Assembly: GCA_050084985.1 (NCBI GenBank)
Contig: JBITNC010000001.1
Location: 165,106,001 to 165,170,000, forward strand
DNA from: Nageia nagi
Taxonomy: Eukaryota; Plantae; Pinophyta
DNA length: 64,000 nt
Reading direction: 5' to 3'
The notes beneath the pieces are model-generated. The model saw only the letters and a program-made list of their open reading frames with translations. It ran no database searches and was not told where the DNA came from. This document shows positions 12,130 through 25,155 of this stretch, piece after piece (position 1 is the stretch's first letter; each line of letters opens with the position of its first letter). Made by a program: the position numbers and the translations under genes.

Positions 12130-14990
12130 TATCAAGGTTAATGATTTCTCTATGTCATGTTGGAACCTTTTAAGATGTTATAGATTTAGGAGATACCAAT
12201 TTCCTCACTGAGATCCATGAGAGTCCTAAGAGAAACCTCTTGTTCTTGGTTAATTTTGGTTCTTAACTTATTAATATGAGACTCAAATATTATGTGGTAT
12301 TCGAGGCTTTGGTGGAGTTTCTTTCCTCATTATAGATAACCTTCAACCTATTTAATCCTTATTATCTTTATATATATATTCTAGGTATATGTGGTTCTAA
12401 GTTTGTAGAGATCGCCCTTCTTTGAGATCTTCATTGTAATGTGTTGCTTACTATTTATTATTCCTTTAGCATGCATATTTATGGAGATATATTTATCAAC
12501 CTCCACCAAAAGATCTCCCATTTATACACCATGGGTGAGGTTATCTTCCTAAGTGACATCAATGCTTGCATTGGAGTCCATTAAGTGCCTACTTAGGAGC
12601 TTGTAGGGGATGCACTTTTCCTTCATGAGCACAAACTTGAGGACTTAATATTTTCTTTGAGTTTCTATCAAGAGGAAAATCCTATCATAATATATGGATA
12701 ATTTCTTCTATAAATGGGACATTCATATAATCTTCATATATTCAACAAGATCCCTTATTTCCCTAGATCTACTAGATTTACTTGCTTTCTTCATGGTGGG
12801 GTTCAAGTGTCATTGATTATATTCTTTCCAATAGGGATATTATCCCCTACATTTAATAATTTTTTATCTCCTATCAACCACCCCTCATAGACATGTTGCC
12901 TTATATTTATCTCTTCACAACACCTTTCCCAATTCCTCTCCCATACCCTACTTTAAAAATCTTAGTATACATCATATAATGGCCTAATTTTATGGTCCAC
13001 ACACCATTAATTATTTTACCAAACTATATAACCTCATGTCATAATTCTCTTCTTTATCACTCCCTAAAACCACCTTTATGTATAAATTCCTATCTCATGC
13101 CCCTTTGAAGGTTGCTTATGTATCCTTAATCATTAGAGTTAATCATCCCAACCCTTCTTTCTTTTATACATGGTTATTTACCTATGAATTGTTGGTACAA
13201 TGAAGATTGTAAATATTTTCACATAAAGCACTATTTTCCTTAGTCCATGATCCTTCATTGATACCCAACATGCAATGAGAGTTTCATCATAGCTTGAGGT
13301 GTAATAAATGTGATTTTTTTGCATTTAGAAAATGTTTTCTCATTTATTTCATACAAAATTATCCCAAATCCTTTTAGTGCATCCTTCTCCTTAAGATATT
13401 CCCACCTTTAAACATTAATCTTTAGACTTAAGTCTCTTATGCCAACTCACTTTATGGCATCATTGGCCAATCCACCATCCTTATCTCTCCCCCCTCTCTC
13501 CTACTATTTGTTTCATACTAATGAAATTAGGAAACCTATTAAAAAACTTAGCATCAATAAATATCTAGATTATGAGGGCTTTCAGGCATAGTTCATTGAA
13601 CACATAGTCAATTCACATACTCTTTTACTTTTTAGGATTTTGAATAAGGTGATTTGCTTTTGATTTTTCCCCTCTTGGGAAAGGCATATAATTCATCCCA
13701 TCCATAAATTAGGATATATTTCAATTCAAAATAATTACAAGAATATTATGATCGAACATACCTTTGACAAGTTATATAGTTCAATACTATAAGTAGAGTT
13801 ATTAGAAGAACTAGAGCATAGAAAGCTCAAGGTTGTGGGATAAGTAGCTTTCATAAGAAATTACTATACTATTAATCATATATTTACCCTTTGGGACAAT
13901 ATTAAGGAGATTATCTAGGTGTTCATCAAAGGATTATGTTATTTTTTTGACTTCAGAAAGGATTTTGACTTTATTTTGAGACTTCTCCTTCTTTAATAGC
14001 TTTACAATATTGGTATCATTGATCCCCTTGTTCTAGTTATCAATAGGTTACATGAGATAATGGTGAACCAATTCTATACCCATCATGAACTCTATGAGTT
14101 TATCAATAGTACCATGGTAGTTAAATATGATTTTACCCTCTCATCAACCATATATATTTTATCTATATCAATGAGCTCAAGGATTTCCCTCACCATCATA
14201 TTCATACGAATGATAATTATGTTCTTTGACATTATGTGTTGATTTTTATTATTATTTTCATTGATGATTTGATTCTACTCTCTCATTTTGTTGATAAATT
14301 ACAAAGATATAGATTATCTTGACCATTTTTGTGATATACAATAAGTTCTTGTTAACCTCAACAAAATGAAGGCTTTGATTTTGAATACTTCTAGACATGC
14401 TTCCTCCAAGTTCTAATTTTTCTACTAAGAAGAACATGTGTAGACAACCACATTTATGATTCTCCTCTCTCATTTTGTTGATTTATTACAAATATAAATA
14501 TGTCAAATGTTCATTTTTTTGATATCTTATAAGTTTTTATCAATATAAACAAAATGAAGGCTATTATTTTAACACTTCTTGAGATGCTTCTTCCAAGTTC
14601 TAGCTTTTTTATAAAGAAATTATGGAGATCACCACCTCCTATACCTACTTGATGGTTCTATTTCTTGAACCTTATTTCAATTTTATATGTACATATAAGT
14701 TTTATATTTGTAAGGAATATACTTCCCTCTCTATTCTATAATGCTAATGTTTCTAGATTTATTTTTAGGATATCCCATATCTTTAATGCCATTGCTCGAT
14801 ACATTGCCATATATGGGTATGAGGTTTGGGTGCTAAATATAAAATCCACTAATTGGGATAATTTTTATAGGGTTCAAAATGTAATGCTTTAATGTATAAT
14901 CCATTAGAAATGAATGATATCTTGGTGCAGTATTCTAAAAAGGTTTGTAGCTCCACCCCTTAACCTTGAATGCATATTTTAGATCATCCT
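12130..14990 (+). mobile_element. RTE-clade LINE, decayed endonuclease and reverse transcriptase
   Basis: Decayed APE motifs (DTNFLTEIHESP; EVIFLSDINACIG for GDFNARTG; SSVIDYI) and RT motifs (FPSWERHIIHPIHKLG..NNYKNIMIEHTFDKLY; TINHIFTL; FDFRKDFD; STMVVKYDFTLSST for STIGVKQGCPLSPT). Confidence 0.8.
14272..14640. repeat. Old tandem duplication (~188 bp x2) inside the RTE RT
   Basis: ttct(a/c)ctctctcattttgttga...aacaaaatgaaggct...ttccaagttcta present at 14272 and 14460. Confidence 0.75.
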
Positions 14991-14992
14991 CC

Positions 14993-15320
14993 CAATACAC
15001 CAAAAATGGGCTTTGGTGGTAGTTTAAAACCACCATTAAAGCCTTTTATAAGTAGTTATTTACCCTTCATCTATGCAATTATCACTAAAAGTTAGGTCCC
15101 TATTGTGATGGTTAATAAATATCTTCTAAGAGTCCAAGAAACCATCACCTTAGGTCCTGAAAATGTGATTATTAATTTCCACCTTAAATAATTAAGTGGC
15201 AATTTTAAATCACCCTTATTTTTAAAAAAATAATTATAGATGTGGTTTATAATTGCCTCTATAGTTACTAAGGAGGTGGTCTAAAATCACCTCTTTGTAA
15301 TTACTTAAAAAAAGGTGTAG
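14993..15320. mobile_element. CACTA terminal/subterminal fragment
   Basis: caatacaccaaaaa (decayed CACTACACCAAAA) followed by palindromic subterminal-type units ggtggtagtttaaaaccacc and gaggtggtctaaaatcacctc. Confidence 0.45.
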
Positions 15321-15599
15321 TTTGGAAGTATTATTTCATCATATTTTCAGAATTATTTTTGGAAGAATGCTTCTGGACTACATCTTGTTTGGTATGTGAG
15401 AGACACTAGATTTATGGTTGAGCTCACTAACCTTCATTTTAAGACATTCCCAACATACAACCATCCTATATGTATCATCCTATTTGGTTCATCCTCAAGC
15501 TCCATCATAGTGCTTACCATGAGCTCTCAAAGGATGGTCAAGTTGAATTGACCAATCACTATTCAATCTCTTACCTTACTCATCCTAGTACAAGACTAG

Positions 15600-16215
15600 C
15601 AAAGCTTGAAAAAAATCCTAATAATACCTCTATAGTGGCCCAATCCATGGGTATATAATATAACATATAGCCATAAAATTTTTTACATTGAATGTTGTGG
15701 TTGTGAGTTCCTTATATACATGTATGCAAAATATGGAATAATACTCAAGGACCAAGAATTATTTGATAAAAATACATAATTTCATGTATTGCAATTAATT
15801 TGATGATATGAAATTCATGGCTACAACAAGGGTTCCCTTAAACTCTTTTATCTAATGAAGAACTTGGGAACCAACCCTAATGATATAACCTTTGTAAGTG
15901 TGGTACTTCTAGTGGATAAGGGTTATAAATATTTTAATAGCATTAGTGATTATTATTGCATTATTTCTAGGATGAATCATTATAGATGCATTGTTGACCT
16001 TCTTGGTTGTGCAAGCTATCTTGAGGAAGCTTTGAAATTCATTTCCAAAATGAACATAAAACATTAAAAGTGTGTATGGATGTGTTTGTTTGGTGCTTGT
16101 AGATCGCATGAGAATGTAGAAATAGGAGAATTTTGTGGTAGCAATCCTTTTTTTGCTAAAACTTAAATATGTTGCATCTTATGTTCTTATTTCAAATATT
16201 TATGTTAAATTGGGA
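15600..16215 (+). pseudogene. PLS-E class PPR pseudogene (P2-L2-S2-E1-E2 region)
   Basis: MKNLGTNPNDITFVSVV..VDKGYKYFNSISDYYCIISRMNHYRCIVDLLGCASYLEEALKFISKM, then VWMCLFGACRSHENVEIGE and ASYVLISNIY. Multiple lesions. Confidence 0.85.
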
Positions 16216-16379
16216 AATTGTATTTTTAACATGGAAAATGTTCTTGTGGAGATTATTGGTGATACAAACTAATGAAAGATATAAAGAGTCTTGCATAATG
16301 CTATGTTGTATGCTTTCACTAGAAAACAAACCATGTTACACTTCTTTTTCAAAAACTATTATAAATAAATAATGTTGTT

Positions 16380-17110
16380 GATGGCTATAAAAAGGATTCC
16401 ATTAAAATATTTGATTTGATTAAGCACATGGGAACCAACCCTAACATCATTGTATTTTTCTGTATTTTGCTTGTATGAAACCATGCAAGTCTACTAGATG
16501 AGGGCTATAAAAGCCCAATAATCATCTGACAAGATGCATGATGTAAACACAATTTTATAGATTGTAAATGATTGGAGGATATGCAATTAATGGTTACAAA
16601 AATTATTCCCTTAAACTATTTGATGTGATAAAGCACTTAGGAACCAAAACTAACATCTTAAACCTTGTATGTGTTCTAATTGCATGCATCCATGCAGTTC
16701 TAGTGCATGAGGGATATAAAGGCCCAAGAATTATTTAATAAGATGTATGATGCAAATATAATTTTATGAGATGAAAATTATTGGAGCATATGAAATTAAT
16801 GGATATGATAAGGATAACATTAAATTATATGATTATATGAGTCACTTGGGAACCATCCCTAACAACATAACTTGTGTATGTTCTACTTATATGGAACCAT
16901 GCATGTCTTGTGGATGACAGATGTAATGGCCTAAGATGTTTTTGCCAAGATTCATGATGCAAACCCAATTTTATGGAATGTAAAAGATTGGAGGATATGA
17001 AATTCATGGATACAACAAGGATTCTTTTAAAATATTTGATTTGATGAAGTACTCAGGAATCAATCCTAATAACATAATCTTTATATGTGTTCTACTTTTA
17101 TGCAATAATA
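16380..17110 (+). repeat. Tandem array of a ~209-bp PPR-derived unit (~3.5 copies)
   Basis: Units begin at ~16382, 16592, 16801 and 17008 (atgg(c/t/a)ta..aaggat). Each encodes decayed HGYNKDSLKLFDLMKHLGTNPNNI.FVCVL.AC.HA.LVDEG.K joined to KAQELFDKMHDAN.I.W..MIGGYAI. Confidence 0.85.
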
Positions 17111-17599
17111 TGATATGAAATGATCTAAATACACTATATGAAAAGATAATAAATAGTAGCATCACCAAAACCAATGCATACAAACATGTTTAAAAATTTA
17201 GAAGATCCAATTTTAGTATTTAAATATGAATTCAAGTGTATGCATGCAAAGAAATAGTTAATAAAATAAAAAGTGATTTTCAACCTATTCTACAATCAAT
17301 TTTTCTTCTAGCATAATCGATGATAATTAAATAAGAAATTATCTCATGCATGAACACTCAAAATTATCAAAACCTATTTTTATTAATTTTAATCTATTTT
17401 TAAGTACAATAATTAAGGTTCCAACCAAGCTACAAGATCATGCTTCCTAATATGTACCCTCAATATCCCCTTGAATGTATTAAATATTGACATCATTTGC
17501 ATAATAATCTTGTAAAGGTGATATTAAAACCACATATAAACAATTTAAATTGAATCTTGCATATAAAAAACCTATTTGGTTTGAGACTCTTGGATAAAT

Positions 17600-20399
17600 G
17601 GATCATCTTCTAGTTTATCCCCACATAATCTACTCATGTTGACCATTATGTTGCCCATTTATCATTTTTACATCCATTATTCTTGTCAAGAAGATTCTCC
17701 TAGTTGCATTTGAATAAGGAGTATTGAAACTGATAGTAATTCAACAAAATTATTTTCTTAATAACACCATAGTATTTCACTATTTCATGCATCAACTTTA
17801 TGTCTTTTGTGATTTCTCTACACATAGTAGTATCATCCACACACATTGCTATTTTGAGTTATTCTATTTTCATTTTTATTTAGCATGAAATCTATGATTC
17901 TTAATTAGATAGCCCAAAATTTTTGGTTATAACTTGAACCATGCACCAACCATTCTATTGTGTCAGAGTAATCATCATTATATTATGTTCCATTTCCATG
18001 AAATTGAAACAATGCAAAATAGTTTGAGTATGATTACATACATCACATCATGATCAATATAAATGTTAAATATTGTATTCAAGAGAGCACAATAACCTAT
18101 TTTTGTAGCCAAAGGATGAATGCATGAATATAATTTTTTTTGCAACCCTTGTACAACTCTCTCTACACGAGAGTTAGATTCCTTAATACTCATCTTGTGC
18201 TTCCTAATTTGGTCTAAATTTTATGAAGGATAGTTGGATCTAAACAATATTCAACTAAATATAATAGAAATAAATAATCATGAACTTATGCTACCTAAGA
18301 TTGAAATTCATCTATATTAAGAATGCATTGGAAAAATTAAATTATTTTCCATTGGAAAAAGATCTCGCATCGACTATAGTTTCTTATTCTTCATCAATCC
18401 TTACCTTATTTAAAACAAGGTGATTACCAATTTCTTCTACACCTTTCATGTGGTCCACATAGAATGAAACAAATTCCTCAATGAGATAATGTTCGACAAT
18501 ACAACCTTCTTGTCTATCTTAGTTCTTTACATAGCCCTTATAAATCTTCATAATTTTGAGAAAGAAAATTAACATTTTTTTTTTTCAATGATACACTATA
18601 CAAAAAGTAGAAAAATGGTGGATTATGAAATTTATGAATGCACATAAATCTCTCAAAAGGTGCATCCATCGATATTGTATAGGTCCACATAGACATACCA
18701 TCCATACCAAGTGAACTATTAAGTGCACCATAATATCAAAAAATGAAGGGGTGAAATAATTTTCTAGGAAACATAATGAATAAAATAACTCTTCCAGTAA
18801 TTTCTCTATGTTTTAGGATCCATCACTTTAGCACATATATCTCTATAGAACATACATAATTTACAAATATTTTTTCATACTAACTTATCAGGCACATGTT
18901 GTAGGGATGTCAGAGGAAGGTAATGCATGAGAATATAATAGTCATGTGATTTGATATTTATAATATTAAGTTCCTTAATAGAGAAGTGGTTTCTAATATT
19001 TGAAATATATCCAGTAGGTACTTTCATATAGTATAATGTTTTATAGACCCTTTGTTTCACAACCTTCAATAGATTTGGGTGTTGCTGGAAGATATGTCTT
19101 ATTTTCTTAGAGTTTTATCCGTAAAAAATTCTTGATTTTAATATTTTTTAAATCCTCATGGGATTTTATGTCATCCTTTGAATTTTTATCAATACTTAAT
19201 AATGTCTCAAATAGGCTTTCATATGTATTTTCTCCACATGCATCACGTCTAAGTTGTGATGAACTAGAATATGTTGTTCATAGATAGAAATATCAAACTA
19301 AAATTACTTGACATAAAAATAAATAAATAAAATAAAATTACATGAAATACCTCTTAATACAAAAAACTAAAGAATATATATTTCTTTTTCTAATTATTTT
19401 TAACATTCTTGTTATGTTTCCTTTTTTTCTTTACTAGTCTTTCCATAGTTTGGTGGAATTTTTTGTACTTTCTCCATTATTAGTGTCCCACCTAAAGGTT
19501 TGAGTGTATGATCAAACTATTGTTTATTATTGAATGATTTAATTTGATGAAAAAATAGATATTATCTTTGAAGGAGTCTCCTATGGCCCATGTAGACCAT
19601 CTTTTTACTACCTCTAAGCCATTGTGAACATGTATTCTTCCCACATATTAGATATGATACCTCTAATTTTATTTGAAATCCTAGCATGTTTTGATACATA
19701 GGAAAGTCATGGATGGAACACATAAATATTTATATTATATTAAATGTAGTATTGTGAAATGCATCATATATTTCTACTCCTTTAATCCATAGTTTATACA
19801 AGTCATCAACCAATGGTTGTAGATAAATATAAATATCAATGCTTGGTTGCTTAGGACCAAGTATTAATTATAAGCTAAGAATTGAATAATTCCTCTTCAT
19901 TTATATCCATGGTGGAATTTTATACATGACCAACATAATAGGTCAACGATTGTAATGAAAACTAAAGTTAATAAAAGGGTTGAACCCATGAATTGCTATT
20001 ATCAATCGTACATTATGTGGATCGTTAGTAAAATTGAATCACATAGCATATATCTTTTTCTACATCAAAGATTCAATTATATTTTCAATATTACCATATG
20101 AACTCTTATGTTGATAATGCCACCTCATATTTCCTACAATCTTTGTAAAGCTATAGGAAGAAAAAACTCACTTCAACCACACATAATAATGTTAAAAAGA
20201 AACAAATACAACAAAGCTAATGGTATAATAAAATTTCATACCTATACATTCTATTCAACTTTGGTATAATGGAGAAATAACTCCTTTCATAGGAACCTTA
20301 ATCTCTTATTTCATCCTCAAAAGAGGATCAAATTTCCATCAATATGCACCACATTTTGAATAAGATTTCTTATTTTCATGATCTTTTCAAGATAGAATA
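17600..20399 (-). mobile_element. CACTA (En/Spm) TnpD-type transposase, decayed and intron-containing, 5' part cut off by an LTR
   Basis: Minus strand motifs MRWH; NDPHNVRL..HGFNPF; PPW..MKR; GPKQPSIDIYIYLQPLVDDL..LW; IHDFP; HNLDVMHVEKN; KVPTGYISNI; KSHDYYILM; PSFFDIMVHL; CGPIQYRWM (Transposase_21/DUF4218-type domains). Confidence 0.88.
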
Positions 20400-21191
20400 T
20401 GAATAAATTTAATGTTAAGGTTTGAATTCCCTTTTTGGTCACATATTTCATGTGCACACATCTCCTTCAATGACTACTATGTAGTGGAGTAATTCTTCAC
20501 CTACCAATACTTATTTGCTTTTGCAAGCATGTAGTTGAGATTTAATGCTCATAATCTGATCAAATATTCCTTGGATGTATAGACATGGTCATCCATCCCT
20601 CTTTGACAAATTTCATTTATGTTTTACTAATTCTCTAAGTGAACTATGATCCACTAGATTTCTTGGATTCTCCAATACTCCACCTTTTGTATCTATAAAT
20701 AGGACTTAATTTTCACTTGTAAAATACAGAGAAGATATCATTGTGATGTCATGTTACCATTTTTAACACTCATAATAGAAAATATTTTATTTTCTTTGTA
20801 ACTCTTTATTTTCATTCTCTTCATGTGGCTAGGCGACTATGTATGACTCAACATCTTTGTGAAAGCATATTGAACCTAGTTTGAGGTATTCATTATTGTT
20901 AACTTTGCATTTTAGCTTCTAGGTATTAGTTAGATTCTTGTTTTGTACTTTTACTAGTGAGTTATTTTATTTTACATTCTTGTTTCCTATTTCATATCTT
21001 AGACAAGACTAAATGCTTAAGTCTTCAACTTAACTCTTTAGTTTCATGATTTTCATGTCTAGAATCATGTCCAAACTAGATTTCTCTTATTCCACTTGTT
21101 TAAATATATTTTTAGGCCCTTTAGAGAATTGATGGACCTCCATATTTAAGATAGAGTGTAATTCAGGTTTCTTGGGAGCTTTCCTTATTCA
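20400..21191 (+). mobile_element. LTR (solo, or 5' LTR of a truncated element)
   Basis: Perfect 7-bp terminal inverted repeat TGAATAA..TTATTCA, TATA box ctataaatagg at ~20694, and a PBS-like tttggcgc at ~21200. Interrupts the CACTA transposase. TSD not convincing. Confidence 0.5.
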
Positions 21192-22082
21192 TCATATGTA
21201 TTTTGGCGCTTTGTCATGCCATGTTGTGTTGTGTCATATCTTATTGTGTTGTACAAATCCCTATCATTCCTTGTTCATACTTTTGCTGGTCATAATCACT
21301 TTTATCATGTGGTATACAATTCTTTTCTCACCTTATTACATTTCTCATGAGCTTCTATTGATATCATCCCTATTGTTGCATGTCACTTAGCCAATTTCAT
21401 GTTGTGTTATTTCTTTAAAGGTTTTTCAAGTGTTATTCATGCCTTCCTGTGTTATGATGATGTCATTACTAACATCATCCCTATCATCATCTATATTTTA
21501 GTGCCTTATTACCTTGCTATACTTTCTTTAAGCTTGTGTTGATGTCATCTATCTTACCACCTGATAATTAGTGCATTTCATTTTATGCCATGCTTCGACA
21601 ATCTTATTGTTGATGTCACCTCTCCAAAAGTAAGATAGTGCCACTTTTATTTCTTTAAATAGTCTAATAAAATCATTATTAATATCACTAATTAGGAATT
21701 GCAATATTTTACCTTTTTTTCTATACTACACCATAATATTTTTGTGATTTAATCTATGCAAAAGTGTAACATTGCGCTATTTTCTTCCTAAAATTGTATC
21801 ATGATAATCTACTTGTTGATGTCATCACCTCTAAAATGTGACATTCTAGATTTTTCATTTATTACATCACAACAAATCTCTTATTGATGTAATCAACCCC
21901 AAAGTGCAAAAAATTAACTTTTACACTCTTCCTAATTGCGATAACTCAGTTCTTGATCATGGCAACTCCACTCTTCCATACAGTCACTTTGTTTGACTAT
22001 GAATACTACCTAGTTTAACCATGACTACTTCATATTTGATCACAACACTTCTTATGTTGATCATAATATATCAAATTCTTCA

Positions 22083-24700
22083 ATTTGTATTAGAGTTGTA
22101 TGATTTATTAATTTAAATAGATTCAAAGGATGGAAATTCCTCATAATTTCCAATCCTTGTGTTTAATGGTGAATACTTTGAATATTGGAGCATCAAAATG
22201 AGATCTTTCCTCATCTCTAAAGACCTATGGACTCTTGTATCTTAGGGTTATAAAGAAGTAGATGCAATGATATTTACAAAATTCATAACATATGAGAAAA
22301 GGAACTTTTCAATACTAATAAGAAGGATGCTAAAGCTTGAGAGTGCCTACAAGGGTTCCTCCAATGTTAGAGTCGCTAAGATGTAGATGCTCTAAAGAGA
22401 CTTTGAATCTCTCAAAATGGTTGATGGAGAGACAATTGAGATCTTCATAAACAAAGTTCAAAACCTATTCAATTCCATTTATTCTCATGGCAAGGATCTT
22501 GATGACACCTAGATTATTAAAAATGTTTTTATAATTCTTATCTAGTGGTTTGATCCCATTTTCATTACAATAGAGGAGTCTAAGGACTTATCTCAACTCA
22601 CTCTATTCAAGTTACTTGGAATTTTACATACATATGAGCAAATAATCAAATATATGTATGATGACCTTGATCAAGCCTTCTAAGGAAATCTCAAAATGAA
22701 TGATTAGTACTCCACTTTCTCTAGTTATAACTATTTTTCAAGAAGTTGTTAAAGAGGCTATGGTGATAGAGGTTGCAAATGTAGATATGGTAGAGGAAGA
22801 GGTAAATCAAAAGGTCATAACTAGAGCTCAACCCATAAAATTATGAGTTTTATTGTAAATACAATCACATAGAACAACAATATTTTCATAAGAAGAAGCA
22901 ATATCCCAAATATGACTTCCCTAAAGTTTCCAACAATGATGTCAACTTGTTTTTGATGTACAACAACTTTGAAGCTATTGATGATCATATTTGGTATTTT
23001 TATAGTGGTTGTTTCAATCATATGAATGGAAATAAGAGTTTATTTATCAACTTGAAGGATAATATCATTGAAAAAATTAGATTTGGTAATAGTAATTTGG
23101 TAAGAGGCTCTATTTATTTCAAATAAAAGATGAAAAAGATCATGAACATGCATGATACTCTATATATTATGAGACTAAAGCATAATCTCCTCAATATTGA
23201 TCATATGTTCTTGAAAAACTACATGTTAAGTTTGAATAAGAAGAGATGCACCATCATGAATGAGACCAATATTCAAGTAGTCACCACTATTCTTATGACT
23301 AAGGATCAAATATGTATGCTCAAGATATCACTAACATCTCTTAAATGCTTGAATACCACTCTTGATTTGACATGAATATGACATAAATGATTCAATAATC
23401 TAAACATCAACTCATTAAGGGGAATGCACAAGCTCTAAAGAGGTCTTTCAACCTTCTCCAATCCATTAGATACTATGTATAAGAGTTGCATTTTTAGGAA
23501 AGAACACCATGAAAAGTTTCCCACCCACCCACATCATACCAAGGCACCCTTATAATTGGTGCACATTTACCTTTGTGGCTCTATCCAAACTCCCAACATT
23601 TCCAAGTGTAGGTATATGTTGATTTTTACTCGTGATTATTCTTGTATTATTTGGTTATATTTGTTACAAGCCAAAAAATATGCTTTTGACTGCTTAATAA
23701 AGTTAAAAGAATTGGTTAAGAACTAGTTTGGTCATAGTCTAAAGAAGTTTTAGATAGAAAGGGATAATGAATTCATTTCTAGTGAGTTCAAGGACTACTA
23801 CAACAATTATGAGATCAAGTGACAATAAACAACAAACTATACTCCTCAAGAAAATGATATTGCAAAAAGAAATAATGAGTGGTTGTTGAAATTGATTGAT
23901 TGATGCTAAGGATATGGAAATGGAAAAAAAATTATGGAGGGAAGCTATCCAAGATGCTATTTACATATTGAATCATTGCTTAACCAAGGTGATGTAGGAT
24001 TCAACTTTGTATGAGGGATGGTTTGATAAGAAACCAAGTATCTCTCACTTAAGTATCTTTAGATCCACATGCTATGTGTATATTCTTAAGGAGAGTAGGA
24101 AAAAGTTGGATGAAAAATCCATTAAGTGTATCTTTATAGGATAATATGATGAGTCTAAATCATGCAGTTGCTATGATATAGTCTTTTGTAAGCTTCACAT
24201 CAATCACGATGTGATCTTCAAAAAAGGGTGCATTTATTGAAATGGATATGACACTTCCAACATCATCCCTAAGTTTGTAGAATATAGTTCCTATGATCTA
24301 TTAGAGCCCCAACAACCTTCCCACCCTCATATACCTAACCCCCCAATAGCTCCTACTCATATGAAGAGGATTTCACATGATCATGCCTAATATTAGATGT
24401 TTAATGATGACTTCATTAGGTGTGTGACCCAGAAATAATCATGGAGGTTGATAAAATCACCAATTATAGCTTGATTTCCTCTTCCCTACTTGACCCCTTC
24501 AAATTAAAAGAATTCATGACTAATAAAGATTTGAAAGTGATAATGGAAGATGAGATAGAGCAGATCTAGAAGAATGACTCATGGGATTTTTCCCTCCTCT
24601 AAAGAATAATAATTTCATTGGAATTAAATGGATCTTCAAGCTGAATTACAATATTTATGGAAGCATTGTAAAACACAAAGCCTAATTGGTTGCTAATGGC
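22083..24700 (+). mobile_element. Ty1/copia element A, 5' part (PBS, gag, protease, integrase, start of RT), decayed
   Basis: PBS-like atttgtattagag (22083-22095). gag VFNGEYFEYWSIKMRSFLISKDLW; PR WYFYSGCFNHMNG; INT LVHIYLCG..YTPQEND..KKLDEKSIKCIFIG; RT IGIKWIFKL..KHKA*LVANG, ending at the nested insertion. Confidence 0.85.
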
Positions 24701-25155
24701 TATTGGAATGTATAATACATTATTGTAAAGGTTTGTATTAAATATTCTATGTAAGTGAATATGGTAATGTAACTTGTCCTACACTCCATGTCATGAGCAT
24801 GCCCCCTTTGGTAAAAGGATGTGCATGTCATGCTTTTGTACATTGGATAAAAGGGTGATCTAAAGAGAGATTTTGGCCTATAATAGAAGGCTTCTCTTTG
24901 TGATCACACACCAATGTTTAGAGTAAATTTATGCTAGAAGATAGTGTTTAGAAGTTAAGATTAGGAGGATTGTAAGAGAGTTGTATTTGTGATTGAATTA
25001 AAGATCTAGTTAGTGGATGAACTCCTAGTTGGAGGAACTACTTACATCTTGTGTTATCTTTATGAAATTGCTTTGTGTGGTAGTTAGATGTGAATTGAGA
25101 GCTTTCATGTGATCTTGGTTGTTTAGGAATTATCTTGTTAGTGTTAGTTCCTACA
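24701..25155 (+). repeat. Copia B 5' LTR (455 bp)
   Basis: Aligns with 32800-33297. Starts TA (decayed TG), ends CA, followed by the PBS. Confidence 0.9.

Noticed and set aside
11230-16215. One functional PPR gene split by introns
   Set aside because: Both parts have stops and frameshifts, they overlap in motif content (both contain the HGYNK..LKLF.LMK motif), and the intervening DNA is LINE/CACTA sequence.
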